From assembly GCA_963833985.1 (NCBI GenBank), contig CAWIAD010000002.1, positions 4,768,001 through 4,832,000 of the forward strand: a DNA stretch of 64,000 nucleotides, in the 5' to 3' direction. This document shows positions 55,378 through 64,000 of this stretch, piece after piece. The notes under the pieces are model-generated. The model had not been told where the DNA came from. It saw only the letters and a program-made list of their open reading frames with translations, and ran no database searches. A program made the translations under genes and the position numbers. This stretch comes from an uncultured Planctomycetaceae bacterium (lineage in GTDB: Bacteria; Planctomycetota; Planctomycetia; Isosphaerales; Isosphaeraceae). The first letter of the stretch is position 1. Every line of letters starts with the position of its first letter.

Positions 55378-56629
55378 GGCTTTTCTCCTGGTGATGCAAT
55401 CGTGTCAGAACGACCGTGAAGGCGATGAACCAGTAGGCCGGATCGACCTCATGATCGGATTGGGTCAGTCCCCCGCACAGCCAGCCGTAGATGCCGACTT
55501 CCAATCCCGTGGCCAGGATCGCAAGGCGCGTAGGACTTTGCCTATTACCGCTCTTCCTGATCCTCCGCAACTGCCAGATCGATCCACCAAAAGCGTAGGC
55601 CCAGATAGCAAGGCCAAGGTAGCCGGTCTCGCACGCGACAGTGAAAAAAGTATTGTGCGCTGATCTTCTCCCCTCTGTGAGGTACTCGCCAGATAGGTAG
55701 CGCGGACTCACGTCCGGGTAGTTTCGATAGCCCACTCCCATGGGGTAGTCAGCCAAGATCTTCCTGCTGGCCTCGTTGATGACGAAACGGCTGTTTGCCG
55801 ACCCCTCTTCCGTCGGTGCCTGGATCGTTCGCATCCTTTCCCAGTAGTCCTCCGAGGTCAGTCGAAACAAGAAAAGGCCGGCGCCAACAGCCAGCACGGG
55901 GAGCAATCGCAGCGCGTATCGCTTCGGTAGGAACAGCAGGGCGAGAGCACACTCCGCAACCATGGCAAGAAAATAGGTGCGCTGATTGGTCGTGACGATG
56001 CTGCTGAGGACGAGCGGAAGGCTGAGCCAGCACAGTAGGCGTTCATACTTTGTGCCCATCATGGCGAGCAGCAGCAAGGTCGGCAAAAAGATCACCATCA
56101 CCGAACCATGCATGTCGGGCAACACGGCGGCTTCTGTTCTTGCAACACTTTCAGGAACATATCCAAAGCGAACTCCCATCGTATGGAGCAGGGCCGCATG
56201 GAATACGCCGACCAGACAGGCCCTGATGAGCCATGACATCTCTTGTTCGGTTCGCACGATGCTGATGATCAATGACACGAACAGGACGGTCTTCGCGACT
56301 TCAGTGATCGCAGTGATCGCCACTTCAGGGCTCTCCACGGCCCAAAGGGCACTGAGCGCCCCCAGGAACACGAAGGCCCAGAGCGCCCAAACGAGAGACC
56401 CCTCCGCTCCCTCTCGATCCAACGCCCGTGGCCTGTTGAGGAGGTAGCTGACGAGCAGGGCAACTGTGGCGATGAGCTGAAATCGAAGATCAAAGTCAAT
56501 GAAAACATTCGGATTCAGCAGGTAGGCTTCCAGGCAACAGATCACAGCCACCAGAGGATTGAACATCCCGGCGACGACCCCGACCCCCAGCAATGTTGAG
56601 TAGAAGAGGATTCTGACCATAAGGATCAC
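55307..56629 (-). CDS. O-antigen ligase / Wzy polymerase family membrane protein
   Basis: About ten TM segments, TNQRT, a periplasmic loop with SANSR, PMGVG and AHNTF, then ETGYLG. Confidence 0.85.
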   Translation of the reverse strand: MILMVRILFYSTLLGVGVVAGMFNPLVAVICCLEAYLLNPNVFIDFDLRFQLIATVALLVSYLLNRPRALDREGAEGSLVWALWAFVFLGALSALWAVESPEVAITAITEVAKTVLFVSLIISIVRTEQEMSWLIRACLVGVFHAALLHTMGVRFGYVPESVARTEAAVLPDMHGSVMVIFLPTLLLLAMMGTKYERLLCWLSLPLVLSSIVTTNQRTYFLAMVAECALALLFLPKRYALRLLPVLAVGAGLFLFRLTSEDYWERMRTIQAPTEEGSANSRFVINEASRKILADYPMGVGYRNYPDVSPRYLSGEYLTEGRRSAHNTFFTVACETGYLGLAIWAYAFGGSIWQLRRIRKSGNRQSPTRLAILATGLEVGIYGWLCGGLTQSDHEVDPAYWFIAFTVVLTRLHHQEKSRGLTQVPDTRNTSTLQTAHRPYR

Positions 56630-56814
56630 AAAGCCATAAGGCTACTCAAACCGTGGCACGCTATCCACGTCGAAGCCGGCCCTGGGGCAAAATGAGACTC
56701 TGTCGTCAAACCGAAGTTGTAGAGTGAGCGATCCAGGCTCTTGCGTAAGTCCCGCCTCGGGCGGCGGTGTTGGGCGGCCAGCCCACGTTCGCCCTCGAAG
56801 TGCCCGCGCGGGGC

Positions 56815-58266
56815 TCACGGATAGGGGCGGTGTGTGGTGTCGTGCTCAACAAGTGCACTTTGAAGCAACTCGGCGAGCTGGCTAACCTGCTCACGACGGT
56901 GAAATCGGGTAATTGATCGCCCTACGGGTCTGCTTTGAACATCGGACTTGAGATTCAGTTCCAGGTCCATTCGAGCGATCGCGTCGGCGATTGCAGCGGG
57001 TTCATTAGGATCACAAATCTCGCTAGGAACTCCCGCTTGCTCGAGCACATTGGCGATCGCACTCCGCTCAGGCGCCAGGGCGAGAATCGGCCGTCCGACG
57101 GCCAGGTACTCGAACAGCTTGGCGGGGACCTGAAGCTCGGATCCTTCACCGTTGAAACCGACCAGAAGCTGGATGTCCGAGCCCCGTAACGCTTCGAGGG
57201 TTTGCTGATGGGAGACCTGCCCCTTGACCATGACACGGTCCTCGACGCCATGATCAGTCGCGATCGACTGGAGACTACGACCTTCGAACGTGGGAGAGCC
57301 AAGAAGCTGCAAGCATGGGACCCGACTCAGCCGCCGCTGATCCTGGAGGCAGCGTAGCGCCTGGAAAATCGGCGCGGGCCGGCGCGGGCCGTAGAACTCA
57401 CCGGCATGCGTCAAGACCAGGCGATCGGGGCCCGCCTCCCGGCGCGGCTCGATGCTGGTATAATCCTCGGGATCGAATCCGTTGGGGATGGTGGCGAATC
57501 GATCGACCCGATCGGGATACCGCCTGATGAAATCCTCCCGCACAAAGTCACTGTTACAAACCACACGATCGGCGTGCTCGACAACTTGGCGTTCCAACCA
57601 CGCGTCGAAGCGGTCCACCGAGGGATACGACAACTGGCGAAATGGGTTTGCTCGCCAGGGATCGCGAAAATCGGCAACCCAAGGCAAGCCGCTGACTCGC
57701 TTTGCGAGCAGGCCGATCAGGTGGGTCGTCCAGTAGGGAGCGGATGAATATAAAGCGCAGCCGTGATGTCGATGGATCGCGTGCAAAGCAGTCGCTAAAC
57801 CAAAGGGAAGCCAGCCGACAGCTTGATCCGGGATTTGGAGCCACCAGCTCGCCCAATCGATCCAGTTCCGTTCTGACTCGCCATCGGAATCTGTGGAAGA
57901 CGGGGACGGCCGCGAAGCCGTCGATGGGGAGAAAGGGCGGACGAGTCGTTTGACCCCATAGCGAGTTTTGTTGGCCAGGGCAAGCAGATTTGGACCATAC
58001 GTCCGGTAGACAATCAGGTCTTTGGGCAGCCCGAGGAGCAACGCGGGATCGTTTGAGCTGCCCGGTTTCTCTCGAACCGTGACCACGACCGACCGCCAGC
58101 CGTGGCACGGCAAGTGCTTGACGATCGCCCGCGTGCGGTGTGAACCCGAAACCGCGATTGGCGGAAAGTAGTACGCGATGCAGATCAGTGATTTAGGCGA
58201 GCCGTCGTCGACGGTCCCGCAAGTGTTCGCATTTCCTGGAATCATTCTTACAAGTCTATCCCGCAA
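56815..58266 (-). CDS. Glycosyltransferase family 4
   Basis: AYYFPP, WVADFRDPW, IPNGFD and PAKLFEYLAVGRPIL. Confidence 0.9.
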   Translation of the reverse strand: MRDRLVRMIPGNANTCGTVDDGSPKSLICIAYYFPPIAVSGSHRTRAIVKHLPCHGWRSVVVTVREKPGSSNDPALLLGLPKDLIVYRTYGPNLLALANKTRYGVKRLVRPFSPSTASRPSPSSTDSDGESERNWIDWASWWLQIPDQAVGWLPFGLATALHAIHRHHGCALYSSAPYWTTHLIGLLAKRVSGLPWVADFRDPWRANPFRQLSYPSVDRFDAWLERQVVEHADRVVCNSDFVREDFIRRYPDRVDRFATIPNGFDPEDYTSIEPRREAGPDRLVLTHAGEFYGPRRPAPIFQALRCLQDQRRLSRVPCLQLLGSPTFEGRSLQSIATDHGVEDRVMVKGQVSHQQTLEALRGSDIQLLVGFNGEGSELQVPAKLFEYLAVGRPILALAPERSAIANVLEQAGVPSEICDPNEPAAIADAIARMDLELNLKSDVQSRPVGRSITRFHRREQVSQLAELLQSALVEHDTTHRPYP

Positions 58267-58279
58267 GTTCCCTTCTTGT

Positions 58280-59335
58280 TCAGACAGCGACTCGCTTACG
58301 GGCGGTCAAACCGACAAGCAGCGGTCGATTCCTGTACTGACGCAAGACTTCGCAATGTTCTACTTCGAATCCGGATCGCTCGAGGATACGCACGAGTGTT
58401 TTCGGATCATAGCTGGTGTTCCGGGCCAACTTCCTCGCGATCCGGTGGCGCTGCCAGTCCAGCCCCTGTTTCATCAGGTATGACCCCAGCCACTGCCTGG
58501 AGAGATTGAACCGCCTCCAGCCAATCATCCCCGACTGGTCCCAGCACTTACGCCAGAACCCGGGAGCCTCAAGTGTGAGCACAAGTCGGCCATCCCTCGC
58601 CAGGATGCGCCAGTACTCCTCTAGCGCCGACCGTAGTGGAAGGTAATTCAGAGTGACGAAACTCTGGACTTGCGTAAAAACACCATCGATGAACGGCAAG
58701 TTCAGGGCATCCGTGCAGATCCACCGAATCTGTTCACCGAGTCCACATGTTCGCCAAGCGATGGAACCCAGGGAAAGGGCCAGTAAATTGTGGTCGATTC
58801 CGACCAGCATGAGGGGATTGCTCCCAAGAAGCTCGCGGAGGTGTCGGCCGCACGAACAACCTACGTCGAGCACCACGCTCTTCGGTCCCAACTGCGATTG
58901 GGAGAAAAGAAATTGCACCGTCTCCGATGGAACGCAGCTCCCGGACAAGATCTGCTTAAGGTCATGATGGATCTGACTGATGTCTCCCATGGACTCAGCA
59001 AGCAAGCGGGCGAGCGCGGCGTGCGGAACATCGGCTCCCTGGCAGAGCGTTGCGAATTCGTCGATTTCTTGTATGGCACTCTCCTGTTTTTGAGAGCCCA
59101 AACTGTGGAAAACGGAATCCAGCCTCGAGATATCGTCCAACAGCCAAGCTGCCGCGGACGTAAGCCCGCCCCCGGGCAACTGGTAAATCGGATCGCCGAT
59201 ATAATCCAGAACGACACCTTCGACTCGTGTGGGTGCACGACTGAGGAATTGAGATAATACTGCGTCACTGGGACCGGATTCTGAAATAATCGTCGTCTCC
59301 CAAGCAGCGGCGTGGGCTATGTCTTTGCTAATCAA
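58280..59335 (-). CDS. Class I SAM-dependent methyltransferase
   Basis: VLDVGCSCG, VGID, DALNLPF and RILARDGRL; uncharacterised N-terminal extension. Confidence 0.82.
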   Translation of the reverse strand: MISKDIAHAAAWETTIISESGPSDAVLSQFLSRAPTRVEGVVLDYIGDPIYQLPGGGLTSAAAWLLDDISRLDSVFHSLGSQKQESAIQEIDEFATLCQGADVPHAALARLLAESMGDISQIHHDLKQILSGSCVPSETVQFLFSQSQLGPKSVVLDVGCSCGRHLRELLGSNPLMLVGIDHNLLALSLGSIAWRTCGLGEQIRWICTDALNLPFIDGVFTQVQSFVTLNYLPLRSALEEYWRILARDGRLVLTLEAPGFWRKCWDQSGMIGWRRFNLSRQWLGSYLMKQGLDWQRHRIARKLARNTSYDPKTLVRILERSGFEVEHCEVLRQYRNRPLLVGLTARKRVAV

Positions 59336-59356
59336 CTGCCTCTCGATCTGATAATC

Positions 59357-60553
59357 TTACGTACGCGTTTTATTGCAATCGGCCTCCCGAACACGACGTC
59401 CTGAGTTCCGTCCTCCCTTGAGACTCTGAATCGCATCGAGGATTGTCTCGACACGAGAGGACCAATCCTCGTCTCGGACCAAGGCAGACCGCCTCTGGTC
59501 GGCCTCTGGCCTGCGGTCGCTGATCGCGCGTTCCAGCTCGGCAATCCATCCCTCGACCCCGTCCGCGATCCGTACCTCGGGCTCGTAGACCCGGACCTCG
59601 GGTAGTGGAGTGGACACGACCGGTAAGCCGGCCGCCAAGTATTCGCGGAGCTTGATCGGGTTCATGTTGCGCGTCAACTCATTGATCTTATGAGGGATGA
59701 CCGCAACGTCAAAGCCCCGGCTGTAGTGAGGCAGCTCGTCATGGGGCCGTTGTCCCAGAAAGTGCATGTTCTTGATCTTACGGAATCGTTCCACATCGGT
59801 CTGCAGCTTGCCGACCAGGACGATGGACCACGCGGGTCGGCGGTGCGCGATCTCGCCCAGAAGATCAAGGTCTTGCCAGTCTTGAACCAATCCGTAGTAG
59901 CCAATGATCGGCCGTTGCAGGGTCTTCAAGTCGTTGGCCACGGGAAATACGGGATCCAGTGCCTGGGCGAAATGTTCGTAGAGAACCCCGTGCGGCACGT
60001 AGATGGTGTTGGCGTTGAAGGGGCTCTTCGACTCATAGAGCGCTCGACTGGTCGTGATAACCAGGTCGGCTACCTCGCAGAGCTCGCGGTCCAGGCGACG
60101 GGTCGTCTCGACGTCGTACCCTGAGAAAGCGGCAAACTCGTCCACACAATAGTAGATGACAAGCTCCTCGCCGAATCCGCCTAGCAACGGGCCGACGTCC
60201 GCGGTGAAGCTCCAGACCTGGGGCCGAGGTGCTAACTTACGGAGGATCCAGCGGGTCTGCACCGTGACGAGCCAACGATTCAGCTTCCGGACCAGGACCG
60301 AGCTGGGCAGCGGGACGACCAAGGGCGTCAAAACCCAGAGTCGCTCCTGAACCTTGACCAGCCCGCGGCGGAACTGGACAAGCTTTTCCACAATTGAGAT
60401 AACATCTCGGCGATTGAATGAGGGACGGCGCGATGCGTGCCAGTTGATCCACAAGACATGATTCGTTTTCGCAAGCTCGCGCATCACGTGGTGCTTGCTG
60501 GTCGGATCAAAGAAGTAGTTATTCGCCAGGCACACGATCGTTGTTTCGTTCAT
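59357..60553 (-). CDS. Glycosyltransferase (GT4/TuaH-like)
   Basis: TSKHH, YYCVDEF, VPHGV, IIGYYG and NPIKLREYLAAGLPVV. Confidence 0.88.
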   Translation of the reverse strand: MNETTIVCLANNYFFDPTSKHHVMRELAKTNHVLWINWHASRRPSFNRRDVISIVEKLVQFRRGLVKVQERLWVLTPLVVPLPSSVLVRKLNRWLVTVQTRWILRKLAPRPQVWSFTADVGPLLGGFGEELVIYYCVDEFAAFSGYDVETTRRLDRELCEVADLVITTSRALYESKSPFNANTIYVPHGVLYEHFAQALDPVFPVANDLKTLQRPIIGYYGLVQDWQDLDLLGEIAHRRPAWSIVLVGKLQTDVERFRKIKNMHFLGQRPHDELPHYSRGFDVAVIPHKINELTRNMNPIKLREYLAAGLPVVSTPLPEVRVYEPEVRIADGVEGWIAELERAISDRRPEADQRRSALVRDEDWSSRVETILDAIQSLKGGRNSGRRVREADCNKTRT

Positions 60554-60688
60554 CGAGCCCGTTGTCCTTCAGGTGGTGTGGCGATGCCGATTATTAAGCG
60601 AGCAGCGGACGAGTGAGGGCTGACGATTCTGCCGTCGAAAGGAACCTCGTCATTCTTCAGTTTCCGAGTCTGGCGGCCGGAGGCGTGA

Positions 60689-61762
60689 CTAAGGGATGCC
60701 ACGCACAATCATCGGACCGACGATTCGCGTTAAAGCCACCGGCATCTGTTGCCAGCACCGGATCAAAACTTGATAACGAGGACTATCGGGTCTCATCTCC
60801 GATATATTCCCTTTCCGCACGTAGTATTGCCAGGCGGCGGGAACCTCGACGGCGCCCCACTGTTTCTTGAATCGGTAGGTGTTGCTGTCGCGACTAGAGC
60901 GGCCAAAGTCGAAAGTTGCCTGCCCCAGCTCAATCGCACGCTGGAGCAAGTTCCAATAAAGAAGCATGTTCGCGTTTGTATGGTTGTATTCACGGAGAGA
61001 GCTTGCGCTCGGGACCTCTGACACCCCCAAGCCGTGAAGACATAGAGCTGAGGCAACAGGACGTCTCTCCTGGCGTACGACGCACACTTCAGTACGATCG
61101 CCGAACTGCTTGAGCAGACTGCGAAACAACGACTTCCCGTATACCGGTGTGCCCAGGTCGCGCATGTTACGGCTAAAAACGTCGTAAAACTCAGGGAGGA
61201 GGTCCTCTCCGCCCCAACATGTAGAGAGCTTTATCTTCTGAGCTTTTCGAATCTGATTACGAACCTTGGAGTGCAGAGAATCCCAGAGCTTGGCGGACGT
61301 GTCGGGCAACGCGAGTCGCATATGAACCTTTGCTGAAGACGTCAAGTTCAGAGCTAAGTGCTGAACTTCCTTCTCATGACGCAGCTCCAGATAGCGGACG
61401 CGAAGCTGATTGGCCAGCCCTACGGCCGCATCGATGAGCCGCGAGCCGATACCCTCCTCAGCGCACACGATCCCGCCCGTGTTAACATACGGCAGGCTCA
61501 CCAAAAAACTTCCGAAGATGCTGCTCTTGACGAGTGCTAAGAGCAGGCAGCCTTCAATGTCAGTTTCTCGATGCGCGACCAAGGCGTAAGGCTCATGGTG
61601 AAGGCCTCGATCCAATACCGACAGCATCCCTGGATCTTGGCTGAGTGACAAGACACCGCAACTCCGAACGAAAGACTCTAAGCGAGGCAATATACCGGAC
61701 AGATCTTCTTTCCGGTACAGACGGATCGCAACAGACTTCGGTGCAACGCGCATTGATTCCAC
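60689..61762 (-). CDS. FemAB-like (GNAT) protein, XrtA/PEP-CTERM system-associated
   Basis: SLPYVNTGG, YLELR, KVRNQIRKA, NMRDLGTPV, FDFGRS and FKKQWG. Confidence 0.9.
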   Translation of the reverse strand: MESMRVAPKSVAIRLYRKEDLSGILPRLESFVRSCGVLSLSQDPGMLSVLDRGLHHEPYALVAHRETDIEGCLLLALVKSSIFGSFLVSLPYVNTGGIVCAEEGIGSRLIDAAVGLANQLRVRYLELRHEKEVQHLALNLTSSAKVHMRLALPDTSAKLWDSLHSKVRNQIRKAQKIKLSTCWGGEDLLPEFYDVFSRNMRDLGTPVYGKSLFRSLLKQFGDRTEVCVVRQERRPVASALCLHGLGVSEVPSASSLREYNHTNANMLLYWNLLQRAIELGQATFDFGRSSRDSNTYRFKKQWGAVEVPAAWQYYVRKGNISEMRPDSPRYQVLIRCWQQMPVALTRIVGPMIVRGIP

Positions 61763-61901
61763 AATTACACCATATTACTTTTTTGCATAACCAGTATACA
61801 CCGTGCGTAGAAGCAACGAACGGGTCCCTTATCGCTCTATTTGTCACTCTGTCAAGGACTTGATGAACTTGGAAACAACAACTCAAAGTGATATTAGTTT
61901 A

Positions 61902-63086
61902 TCAACGACTCGCCTTCTGCCAGGTGACGCGTTCGACACCCAATAAGCCACGCAACAGCCCTATCAAGGCTGCAGCATTAACCATGCAAAAGTAAAAAGG
62001 TATATTTATGATGGCTGGCCAAGGTTGGTTGGGTTGAGTCGTCCCAATGAGAGCGCATACGTAGAATGTTATTTGAGACAACAGCAGTACCAAAGCGAAG
62101 GGCGAGCATCCACACATGCTTAATTGAGCGACGTTGCACGTTAGGATTGTAAGCAGAAACCATGGGACGAGCCATCTCAATAACTTGTGTGACACGAACG
62201 ACCAGAACAATTGAAACTGACATGGGCGAGGTATAATACTCCCGCGCCGTAGTTCTCTGACAGCCCCGGCAACAATCCTGACCTTGCGACGAAACTCCTG
62301 GCCGACGTCGACCGTGGCATTTTCCGAGGCAAAGGCCGAAGGATCGTAAATGACACGGTAGCCTTGCTTGGCAATCCGCATACCGATAACAAGATCATCT
62401 AGAATCGTGTCGTCCGGCAAGGGAGTAAACAGGCTTTTCCGAACTGCGTACATGCCCCCGTCCACCGTGACGGTCGATCCGAGCACGGACTCCATAAGCT
62501 GAATGAAGCGCTCGTACCGGTAGTACAATCCTTCACTTTCTCCAAAGGGAGCGTCTTCACTACGGATCTTCACGTCCCCCGTTACCGCACCGACTTTCGG
62601 ATCAGCGAAGTGTCGAATCAATCGATGGATTGCCTCAGGATCGAACATCACGTTTGCATCGCACAGCACCACGATGGAGCCTCGAGCCTGTGGGATGGCT
62701 CGATTGAGCACCGAGATCTTGCCAGCTCGTGGCTTATAGGCCAAGAGCAAGATTCCAAGGCATGTATATTCCTTGACGATTGGTTCCGTTTGATCGTCAC
62801 TTCCGTCGGATGCAACTATGATTTCTAATTGCTCGCGGGGATAGGCAACCGCAAGGCTGTTGTCGAGTTTTGCCCGGATTACCGAGCCTTCGTTGTAGGC
62901 AGGAATCACCAGTGAAACTAATGGAAGGTTGGCAGCCGGAGTGACAATGCCTCGCCTGACGAAACGCACAAAAAGCGCAAGTACTAGGAAGTAGCCAAAG
63001 TAGACGTACAACACAACAAGGCATGAAAAGAGGAGAAGAAGGTTAGCCGTCAAATCTGCTAAGTACCTCGAAAAGAAAGGGAGCAC
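61902..63086 (-). CDS. Glycosyltransferase family 2 (membrane)
   Basis: IPAYNE, SDGSDD, CDAN, LYYRYE, DGGMYA, ILDD, EFRRKVRI and SHKLLRW. Confidence 0.92.
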   Translation of the reverse strand: MLPFFSRYLADLTANLLLLFSCLVVLYVYFGYFLVLALFVRFVRRGIVTPAANLPLVSLVIPAYNEGSVIRAKLDNSLAVAYPREQLEIIVASDGSDDQTEPIVKEYTCLGILLLAYKPRAGKISVLNRAIPQARGSIVVLCDANVMFDPEAIHRLIRHFADPKVGAVTGDVKIRSEDAPFGESEGLYYRYERFIQLMESVLGSTVTVDGGMYAVRKSLFTPLPDDTILDDLVIGMRIAKQGYRVIYDPSAFASENATVDVGQEFRRKVRIVAGAVRELRRGSIIPRPCQFQLFWSFVSHKLLRWLVPWFLLTILTCNVAQLSMCGCSPFALVLLLSQITFYVCALIGTTQPNQPWPAIINIPFYFCMVNAAALIGLLRGLLGVERVTWQKASR

Positions 63087-63201
63087 CTCGTTGTGTGGTC
63101 TTGTCTACGGTCGTGTTCATCGAAGGCTTGCTTGCTGAGCAACTGGAACAGACTTGATTGTTCTTTTGTAAATCCAGAATTATCAGCGTCTTCGGCTACC
63201 A

Positions 63202-64000
63202 CTAGCTAGCCAGCCGGGCAGAATCGCGGTAAGGCGTAGGACGATCAAGGAGCCGTCGAGCTAAGTCGACCGCGCGAACGAAAGCGAGACCTGAGAACAG
63301 TTTGATGAGCCGGCCTCGGGTGCCGCGAATCCCCGCGTAGGTCCGGAATCGGTTCAGCCTGCGGAGCGGCAGCCGCGGCTGGTCCGCGTCGAGCTCCCAG
63401 GGATGGAGGTAGAGCATGGTGAGCCGCGTCTCTGGGTCACGACGCGAATGCTCCAGGGCCCGTCTCAGGATGGCCCACGGCAGCAGCCGCAGATAACCGC
63501 CGCCGCCAATGGCCAGGTTCATACCTCCGATGCGTGCCGTCGCCGGGGGAAGTTCGAGGATCCGATGGCGGCGGCCCTCGGCCAGAAAGGGACTCCGCGG
63601 CGCATCGGGGATACCGTAACGGTCGTGGTGAACGGGATAAATCGAGGAGTCGTAGAGGATGCCAAGTTCCGCGAGGATGTCGATTGCCCAGGCCGTCTTT
63701 CGGACCAGGCTGAACGTCGGCGCCCGGTAGCCGAGCACACTGGCGCCGCACGCCTGCTCGAGCGCGTCCCGGCTCTGGCGAACGTCCTCGCGGAACTCCT
63801 TCGGCGTCAGGACGTGGAGGCGGCGGTGATCCCAGCCATGGCTTGCAACCTCGTGCCCCGCGTCGTGAATGGCTCGGACGAGCCAGGGCGATTTCCGGGC
63901 GACCTGGCCGAGAACAAAAAACGTGGCGCGAATCTCCGTTTCCGCCAACCTCTCCAAGATCCAGCTCGTCACCCGGCACATCCGGTCATGGTAGTCCGCC
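63202..64000 (-). CDS. XrtA-system polysaccharide deacetylase (DUF3473), 5' end outside the window
   Basis: ATFFVLG, HEVASHG, GYRAPTFS, YDSS, GGGGYLRL and YLHPWELD. Confidence 0.9.
   Translation of the reverse strand, partial: ADYHDRMCRVTSWILERLAETEIRATFFVLGQVARKSPWLVRAIHDAGHEVASHGWDHRRLHVLTPKEFREDVRQSRDALEQACGASVLGYRAPTFSLVRKTAWAIDILAELGILYDSSIYPVHHDRYGIPDAPRSPFLAEGRRHRILELPPATARIGGMNLAIGGGGYLRLLPWAILRRALEHSRRDPETRLTMLYLHPWELDADQPRLPLRRLNRFRTYAGIRGTRGRLIKLFSGLAFVRAVDLARRLLDRPTPYRDSARLAS

Overview
This is a high-GC bacterial window, almost certainly from a planctomycete (Isosphaeraceae-like). That call rests on an LERLEDRQLLS-type secretion motif, an ECF sigma factor beside a Ser/Thr kinase-WD40 protein, DUF1080/DUF4159/DUF58 genes and GTAG-type REP elements. 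The left part (1-22.6 kb) holds two arms of a DUF58/vWA/DUF4159/coiled-coil envelope cluster. Between them lies REP-rich cargo: Uma2, DUF1080, an SDR lacking its catalytic Tyr/Lys, a HEAT protein, an ECF sigma factor with a zinc-finger/kinase/TM/CxxCH/WD40 partner, and a MenAT1-like toxin-antitoxin pair. A GH3 glucosidase follows the right arm. The right part (22.7-64 kb) is a large PEP-CTERM/exosortase-type polysaccharide locus with a nucleotide-sugar dehydrogenase, WecB, Wzm/Wzt, FkbM, AsnB, FemAB-like protein, deacetylases, many glycosyltransferases, an O-antigen ligase/polymerase, a giant TPR protein, a priming transferase and two IS630 relics. The most striking item sits inside this locus: a 1564-aa PKD surface protein and a convergent lipoprotein share the same uncharacterised ~330-aa domain, in acidic and basic versions respectively. 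About ten small (mostly single-base) frameshifts in otherwise intact genes suggest long-read consensus errors, so split genes are reported as reconstructed CDSs. All family calls come from motif recognition by eye; no searches were run.
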